Below the pieces are notes generated by a model that had not been told where the DNA came from, searched no databases, and saw only the letters and a program-made list of their open reading frames with translations. From an uncultured Candidatus Saccharibacteria bacterium (GTDB taxonomy: Bacteria; Patescibacteriota; Minisyncoccia; Phycocordibacterales; UBA918): a stretch of DNA of 64,000 nucleotides. The stretch covers positions 228,528-292,527 of the forward strand of contig CAYGLK010000001.1 of assembly GCA_964350985.1 (NCBI GenBank), read 5' to 3'. This document shows positions 59,164 to 64,000 of this stretch, one piece after another; the first letter of the stretch is position 1, and every line of letters begins with the position of its first letter. Made by a program: the position numbers and the translations under genes.

Positions 59164-60003
59164 TTATTTATTAACGTTACAGACCTGTTTTGCCTCATTT
59201 AACACTCTATTTTGCTTAGTTGCGGAAAGATGAAGGAAGTTTAGGATGTGTGGCTTATCAAGTAGATCTCGACAAATTATGACGTCATGGCTAATTAAAA
59301 CTGTTATTTGACTGGTTGAAAGTGACTGAAGGACTGATATTGGATAGACACGCGCTTTTTGGATCCGGTCATGTAGGTTGTTGTTTTTAGGATAGTCCCA
59401 GCTAAGAAGTTTTAGTCCAACGCATGCACCGTATTTTTCGGCCGTAGAAGTAAATTTTGTGTTGGTTATTAGCCAAAAATCAGTAATGCTGCAGATACTT
59501 TCGTTGCAGATTTTGACTCCCTGTAGGTCAATCAGGCGTGCATATGAATACATTGCCACTTGTAGATCTGTCTTAATACCGGGTCGGGCATGAAATTTAG
59601 CTTCACCAACAAAACTATTAGATTCTTTGTAAGCGGCAATATCAATTTCGTGTGGAGCACACTTCCCTTGTAAGATTATTCCTGTTTGTGTCTCATAACC
59701 TTCACTTTGAAAAAGTTTTGCCAAAAACTTTTCAAACGGAAAGCCAGTCGGACCGAGTCCAAGTAGTGCCCTTCTAAGTGAGTATCGAGTTGCGGCCGGG
59801 GTTTTACTTTGTCTAAGTAAGGTAAAAGCATGACGGTAAATTTCTTGGGTTCTAATGCCGTCATGTAGGATTTTGTTGATTTCAGAAACAATAAAATTAC
59901 TTTCTTCAGGACTAGCCCCAGCTCGTCTGAGTGAACGTCGAAGTTTTTCAACTTTGAAAAACTCTTGCTTCCCATCGGCCTTAGTAATTTTAAAGTGCAT
60001 CAA
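59164..60003 (-). CDS. ATP-cone domain fused to Mrr-like PD-(D/E)xK restriction-endonuclease fold
   Basis: N-terminal ATP-cone-like MMHFKITKADGKQEFFKVEKLRRSLRRAG; central HEIDIAAY...VGEAKF (D-EAK) nuclease motif. Confidence 0.5.
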   Translation of the reverse strand: MMHFKITKADGKQEFFKVEKLRRSLRRAGASPEESNFIVSEINKILHDGIRTQEIYRHAFTLLRQSKTPAATRYSLRRALLGLGPTGFPFEKFLAKLFQSEGYETQTGIILQGKCAPHEIDIAAYKESNSFVGEAKFHARPGIKTDLQVAMYSYARLIDLQGVKICNESICSITDFWLITNTKFTSTAEKYGACVGLKLLSWDYPKNNNLHDRIQKARVYPISVLQSLSTSQITVLISHDVIICRDLLDKPHILNFLHLSATKQNRVLNEAKQVCNVNK

Positions 60004-61058
60004 GTTATGATACCACCACCGACACAGACTTGATCGTTATATAGTACACAGGATTGCCCTACAGCAGCCGCTTCAGTTTCGTCCAATACTTGCAATTCAA
60101 TCTGGTCAAAAGCTACAGATAAAACTCTGACGGAAAATGGAGTTTGCCGATAGCGAGTCTGCGCTAAGTATGTCTCACCAAGTTTTAGTTTATTTCGTAA
60201 AACAGATTTTCTTAAAGTAATAGTCTGGCTCAAGTCCATAGCAGGCTTTTCAGTACTAACAACAATAGTATTAGTGTTGATATTTTTACTTTTTACATAG
60301 TAAGCCAACCTTGAGTCATTTTTTGTCGCGATAGTAAAACCGTGCCTTTGACCAATAGTGTAAATTAAAGCTCCTTCATGCTGACCTATCATTTCACCAT
60401 TCATGTTTAGGACTTCTCCTGGTATTAAGTTTGTATAGTGTGATAAGAAATCTTTAATATCAATGTGTCCCAAAAAACACACCCCTTGGCTATCTTTTTT
60501 TTGAGCTGTCGGTATTCCGGCTTTTTCTGCTTCTTCTCTGATAGTTGATTTTTCAGATGAACCAACTGGTAACAAAGTGTAGTCCAACTGTTCTTTTGAT
60601 AGTGACCATAAAAAATATGACTGGTCTTTGTTCTTGTCTAAGCCTCTAACAAGATTGTCATGATCCCCACTATTAATTTTTTGAGCATAGTGTCCGGTGG
60701 CAATAAAATCAGCTTTGTGTTCACGAGCAAAATCAACAAAGGCTCCAAACTTAACGTGTTTGTTACACATCACATCAGGATTTGGTGTCCGACCAGCTAG
60801 GTACTCTTCGATAAAGTACTTAGCCACTTCGTCGCGGTAAGCTTTTTCTGCGTCGCAAGTTAAAAATGGTATATCAAGATGAGCGGCTACTCGCATGGCA
60901 TCAAGTCTCTCCTCTTCCCAGTTACATACCAAAAAATCAGGGTGCCAGACCTTAATAAAGACTCCAATGACTTCGTAACCCATCTTTTTTAAGCGCAAGG
61001 CCGCTACAGATGAATCAACTCCACCGGAGAGTCCCACAAAAATTTTTTGTTTCTTCAT
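60000..61058 (-). CDS. mnmA: tRNA-specific 2-thiouridylase
   Basis: PP-loop VGLSGGVDSSV. Confidence 0.85.
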   Translation of the reverse strand: MKKQKIFVGLSGGVDSSVAALRLKKMGYEVIGVFIKVWHPDFLVCNWEEERLDAMRVAAHLDIPFLTCDAEKAYRDEVAKYFIEEYLAGRTPNPDVMCNKHVKFGAFVDFAREHKADFIATGHYAQKINSGDHDNLVRGLDKNKDQSYFLWSLSKEQLDYTLLPVGSSEKSTIREEAEKAGIPTAQKKDSQGVCFLGHIDIKDFLSHYTNLIPGEVLNMNGEMIGQHEGALIYTIGQRHGFTIATKNDSRLAYYVKSKNINTNTIVVSTEKPAMDLSQTITLRKSVLRNKLKLGETYLAQTRYRQTPFSVRVLSVAFDQIELQVLDETEAAAVGQSCVLYNDQVCVGGGIIT

Positions 61059-61087
61059 GATTAAAGTCAGGTTACTACTCTTAAAAA

Positions 61088-62110
61088 TTAACGCAAGTAT
61101 CGAGCGATATTCAGGCGATGTTCGTCAAAACTTTTGGCGTAATAAAAAGTACCGTCAGAGTCTGTAATATAGAATAGGTAGTCTGATGGTTCAGGATCTA
61201 ATACAGCCATAATAGCCTCTAGGCCAGGATTTCCGATTGGATGAGGCGGTAATCCAGTGTTGAGGTAGGTATTAAACGGAGAGTTGATTTTTAGGTCTTC
61301 TGGAGTTAGTTCTGAGAGTGGCTTATCTAGCACATATTCAATAGAAGCATCTGCTTGAAGTGGCATGTTTATCTTTAGACGATTTTGTAATATTCCAGAG
61401 ACAAATCTTTTGCTTTCTTTTGTATTGGCTTCTCTTTCAATAATTGACGCTAAAGTGATGATCTCTTCAAGAGTGAGTGGATGAGTATTTATTTGTTCAC
61501 TCAGTTCATTTATTTTTTCACTAAAGGTCAGTTGTAGTAATTCAAGTAAGTCTGTAGCTGTGTATGTCAGTGGAATTAGGTAGGTTTCAGGAAAAAGTTT
61601 ACCCTCATTACCTTTTGCTAAAGTAATGAATTCTTCAATATTAAAATCAGGTAGTTTTTCTGCAGCCCTTTTAGCTAGAAGTTCAATTGGTTCGCCTTCA
61701 ATATGGGTAAACCGAACCAACTCACCTTTTGGGTTTCCTTCTACCAGAGCATCAGCTAGCTCTGAAACATTTACAGGCTCAGTAAATGAATAGCGCCCGG
61801 CTTTGATAGTTTCGTTACTCAAAACTGTACGAAACTTCAAATACAGCGGAATGTCTGAGCGGATGAAATTATTCTCTGCCGCTAGTCTGGCTGCTTCACG
61901 TAAACTTGTCCCAGGTTCTATTACCAGGTCTTGATTGACAGGAAAATCACTTGGTGGGGTTTGTAAAAATTGCCACCAGCCATATAAAAGAATGCTGGTT
62001 ATAAAAAGCAACACTAATCCTAAAGTCAGGTATGACTTTAGTTTTGGTTTGGTTTCAGAATCAAAATCTGACTCTTCTCCATCGATGTCAATAAAATTCT
62101 CCTCAATCAT
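61088..62110 (-). CDS. mltG: endolytic murein transglycosylase MltG (YceG family)
   Basis: N-terminal TM plus YceG domain ending LPPHPIGNPG...HRLN; the track ORF starts at a TTG at 62320 and the real start is probably an internal Met. Confidence 0.7.
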   Translation of the reverse strand: MIEENFIDIDGEESDFDSETKPKLKSYLTLGLVLLFITSILLYGWWQFLQTPPSDFPVNQDLVIEPGTSLREAARLAAENNFIRSDIPLYLKFRTVLSNETIKAGRYSFTEPVNVSELADALVEGNPKGELVRFTHIEGEPIELLAKRAAEKLPDFNIEEFITLAKGNEGKLFPETYLIPLTYTATDLLELLQLTFSEKINELSEQINTHPLTLEEIITLASIIEREANTKESKRFVSGILQNRLKINMPLQADASIEYVLDKPLSELTPEDLKINSPFNTYLNTGLPPHPIGNPGLEAIMAVLDPEPSDYLFYITDSDGTFYYAKSFDEHRLNIARYLR

Positions 62111-62120
62111 GGACAAAATA

Positions 62121-63458
62121 TTAATTAGCAAACGGGATACCAGTTGGTAAGTTTCCTGGGGCTTCTTTTCTGGCTGCTGTGATACGTCCGAGTGAAGGCG
62201 TAACGACTGTACTTCCCGGAATATGATACATAGTCGCCAGTTCTTCAACTGACATGATTTTTGCGGCATCAAGAGAGTCTTTGCGGTCCCGGTAATAATA
62301 ATAACGTGACTTATAATCAAAAAATTCTTCTTTTTTCCACTTCATTATTTTTTTTCCTTTTGGATCAGAAAATACCTTGTAGTTAAAGTCACTTCTCCAT
62401 CTCACTCCAATACCATTTCTTCCAATAACATCGTATTGTGAAAAAGCTCTAATAAATGGTGAAATAATATCGCCATTAAATTTACCCTTTTCTGTAATGT
62501 AATACCATCGTATTCCAACTTCGTAAGCATATTTTGCTGTATTCCTTTCTATTGCTGCTATTGTGTCTCTTTCACCCATGGTCAAGGTAGGAGCTTTTTC
62601 ATAAGTGTCAGGATCAATACTAGCTCTCTCATCCCTTTTCATTATTTTATTTATGTGTTCTTTTCCAGCCGTATCCCAAGTTGGTACATTACGGAAAGGA
62701 CTTCCGTTTTTAAATTCTTTCTTTATGTGTGGTACCGCCAAGAATTGTACCCAAAGTCTCTCATGAGGTTTCAATTGACTTAATTGTTCAAGGATTGGAG
62801 CCATCGGTTCCACCTTTTGCTCCTCTTTTGGAAGTCTGTCCATACCCATGTCAATATAAGTCTTTAGTGGCAGGACATCTGCTTCTTTTTTAGTCATATG
62901 AAAAACCATGTATTCATATTTTTCAGGATTCCATTTAATTTCATCTACATAGTCAAACTCTTCTTCAATTACTTCAATTCCAGGATATTGAGCGTAAAGT
63001 TGAGCTTCCAAAGCATTTTTTACTTTTTTTGTCGGTACATTTATATAAAAACGGACTTCCCCACCGATTGAAACTAATTCAAAACTGTTGGTTAAGGGAC
63101 TTTTTCCGTCAATATATGTTTGAAAAATATTATCAGGAGTTTGTGCGTTATGGATTTGAGCTAATACTACTTCCATTGCTTCCGGGGATTTAAACACTTC
63201 AGGTGGTAATTTTATTCGGAGTGTAGTTCGGCCATTATATGCAGAGTATTCGTTGGTTACGTAGTACATCCATCGATCAAAAGTCACAGTCAGCAACGCT
63301 AGTGGTAACCAGATTGGGGTCAAGGCGATCATTACTGATATTACCGGACCCGCATCAACATTTACTAGATTTAGAATGAAACTAAAAAAGAAAAATCCTA
63401 ATACTAAAAATACCGGTCCACCAAAAGCTCCTAGAATTGTTTTAAATATTTCTACCAT
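62121..63458 (-). CDS. membrane protein, unknown function
   Basis: 445 aa, 2 N-terminal TM, Lys/Tyr-rich soluble domain. Confidence 0.4.
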   Translation of the reverse strand: MVEIFKTILGAFGGPVFLVLGFFFFSFILNLVNVDAGPVISVMIALTPIWLPLALLTVTFDRWMYYVTNEYSAYNGRTTLRIKLPPEVFKSPEAMEVVLAQIHNAQTPDNIFQTYIDGKSPLTNSFELVSIGGEVRFYINVPTKKVKNALEAQLYAQYPGIEVIEEEFDYVDEIKWNPEKYEYMVFHMTKKEADVLPLKTYIDMGMDRLPKEEQKVEPMAPILEQLSQLKPHERLWVQFLAVPHIKKEFKNGSPFRNVPTWDTAGKEHINKIMKRDERASIDPDTYEKAPTLTMGERDTIAAIERNTAKYAYEVGIRWYYITEKGKFNGDIISPFIRAFSQYDVIGRNGIGVRWRSDFNYKVFSDPKGKKIMKWKKEEFFDYKSRYYYYRDRKDSLDAAKIMSVEELATMYHIPGSTVVTPSLGRITAARKEAPGNLPTGIPFAN

Positions 63459-63494
63459 TTTGTTTTTACATTGTACTATATAAAATAACAGCCC

Positions 63495-63527
63495 ACACGG
63501 TTACGTGTGGGCTGTTATTTTATCTGT
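63495..63527. terminator. bidirectional terminator
   Basis: aacagcccacacggttacgtgtgggctgttatttt. Confidence 0.7.
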
Positions 63528-63530
63528 GTA

Positions 63531-64000
63531 TTATTCAGCGAGAGCGTAAGTTCCGTTTCCAAGGCGTTTAAAGATGTTGGCGTCTTGTAGATTAACTATA
63601 ATCGTATTGTCTTTAACGTATCTTTCTTTACGAACTCGATCAATTAATTCTTCTCGAGATAAAGGACCTTCCTTTTCTAGTATTTCTCGTAGAACTTCCT
63701 TAACTACACCAGCTGTGTACCCCCATTCAGTTAGCGCGTATAGTCCACGTCCTACTAGTACAAACCGATCATCCTTGATTAGTTCGTTGTGAGTCGTAGC
63801 AACGTGCGCCTTGTGTTTGAAGAGAGTATTGATAGCTTCAGCTACTTCCTTAAAGTGAAGTGGTGAACCGTGACGCTTAACTGCCAAGTAGGCGTGGTCG
63901 CGGATTCCTTTTACTCGAACATTTGGACTGTCAGCTCTCCCCCAGTCTCCTAGTGGATTACTACCAATTTGTTTTGAGATCTGTAACCATCGCTTTAGGA
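63531..64000 (-). CDS. 3' part of a gene running off the window; C-terminal HARE-HTH-like domain
   Basis: the reading frame stays open upstream of the track start (TTG at 63887) to the window edge; DDRFVLVGRGLYALTEWGY resembles the HARE-HTH motif. Confidence 0.35.
   Translation of the reverse strand, partial: LKRWLQISKQIGSNPLGDWGRADSPNVRVKGIRDHAYLAVKRHGSPLHFKEVAEAINTLFKHKAHVATTHNELIKDDRFVLVGRGLYALTEWGYTAGVVKEVLREILEKEGPLSREELIDRVRKERYVKDNTIIVNLQDANIFKRLGNGTYALAE

Noticed and set aside
1-64000. CRISPR arrays, cas operons, integrases, transposases, integron integrase/attC
   Set aside because: No short regularly spaced repeats with unique spacers were seen. The only Cas-like gene is a lone Cas4-like nuclease. 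No tyrosine or serine recombinase or DDE transposase motif was found in any ORF.

Overview
The window is a low-GC (roughly 37-40%) stretch of bacterial chromosome with compact, mostly minus-strand housekeeping genes. There is no CRISPR array, integrase or transposase. Features of the gene set suggest a streamlined, possibly CPR/Patescibacteria-like lineage; this is inference only. The features are a 650-aa AlaRS, a Cys-less L36, pilM/ftsA-like and YbbP-like genes and small ribosomal proteins.

Recognisable core genes:
- Ribosomal-protein operon on the minus strand (about 45.2-49.2 kb): infA-rpmJ-rpsM-rpsK-rpsD-rpoA-rplQ followed directly by rplM-rpsI.
- Other translation, replication and metabolism genes: rplI, rplU, rpmA, cysS, a short alaS, dnaB, recR, rmuC, truB, mnmA, mltG, pgi, ROK kinase, LOG, ctpA, cyclophilin, an M16 peptidase pair, ogt.
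- A tesA-like GDSL hydrolase adjacent to an ABC ATPase and a YbbP-like permease.
- One tRNA-Glu(UUC).

Superimposed on this backbone are many short islets of clearly higher GC (about 50-58%). They encode ORFan membrane, secreted or basic proteins, each with its own RBS and terminator, at about 5.0-5.9, 19.9-20.3, 23.1-23.4, 24.7-27.6, 28.3-29.0, 34.3-35.2, 38.6-38.8 and 39.5-41.2 kb. Several are bracketed by direct repeats of terminator-bearing intergenic sequence.

The most striking is a 3-kb cassette array at about 24.7-27.6 kb. Three copies of an about 85-bp terminator-plus-promoter module separate a small membrane protein, two paralogous two-TM proteins and a peptide gene with an internal tandem repeat.

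Other points of note:
- an insertion flanked by 80-bp direct repeats at 4951-6171;
- a 2-kb beta-helix surface-protein gene flanked by a 41-bp perfect palindrome present twice;
- a tRNA-Glu with a duplicated 3'-end fragment about 180 bp downstream, which looks like an att scar, next to a GC-rich membrane-protein gene and two about 228-bp tandem noncoding repeats;
- an ogt / Cas4-like nuclease overlapping pair next to an ATP-cone::Mrr-like nuclease;
- a 630-bp convergent intergenic region with a strong promoter and terminator, which is a candidate ncRNA.

CDS coordinates follow the ORF track. Coordinates of noncoding features were counted from the printed lines and may be off by a few nt. There is an apparent 2-nt drift between my line counts and the track near 62 kb.
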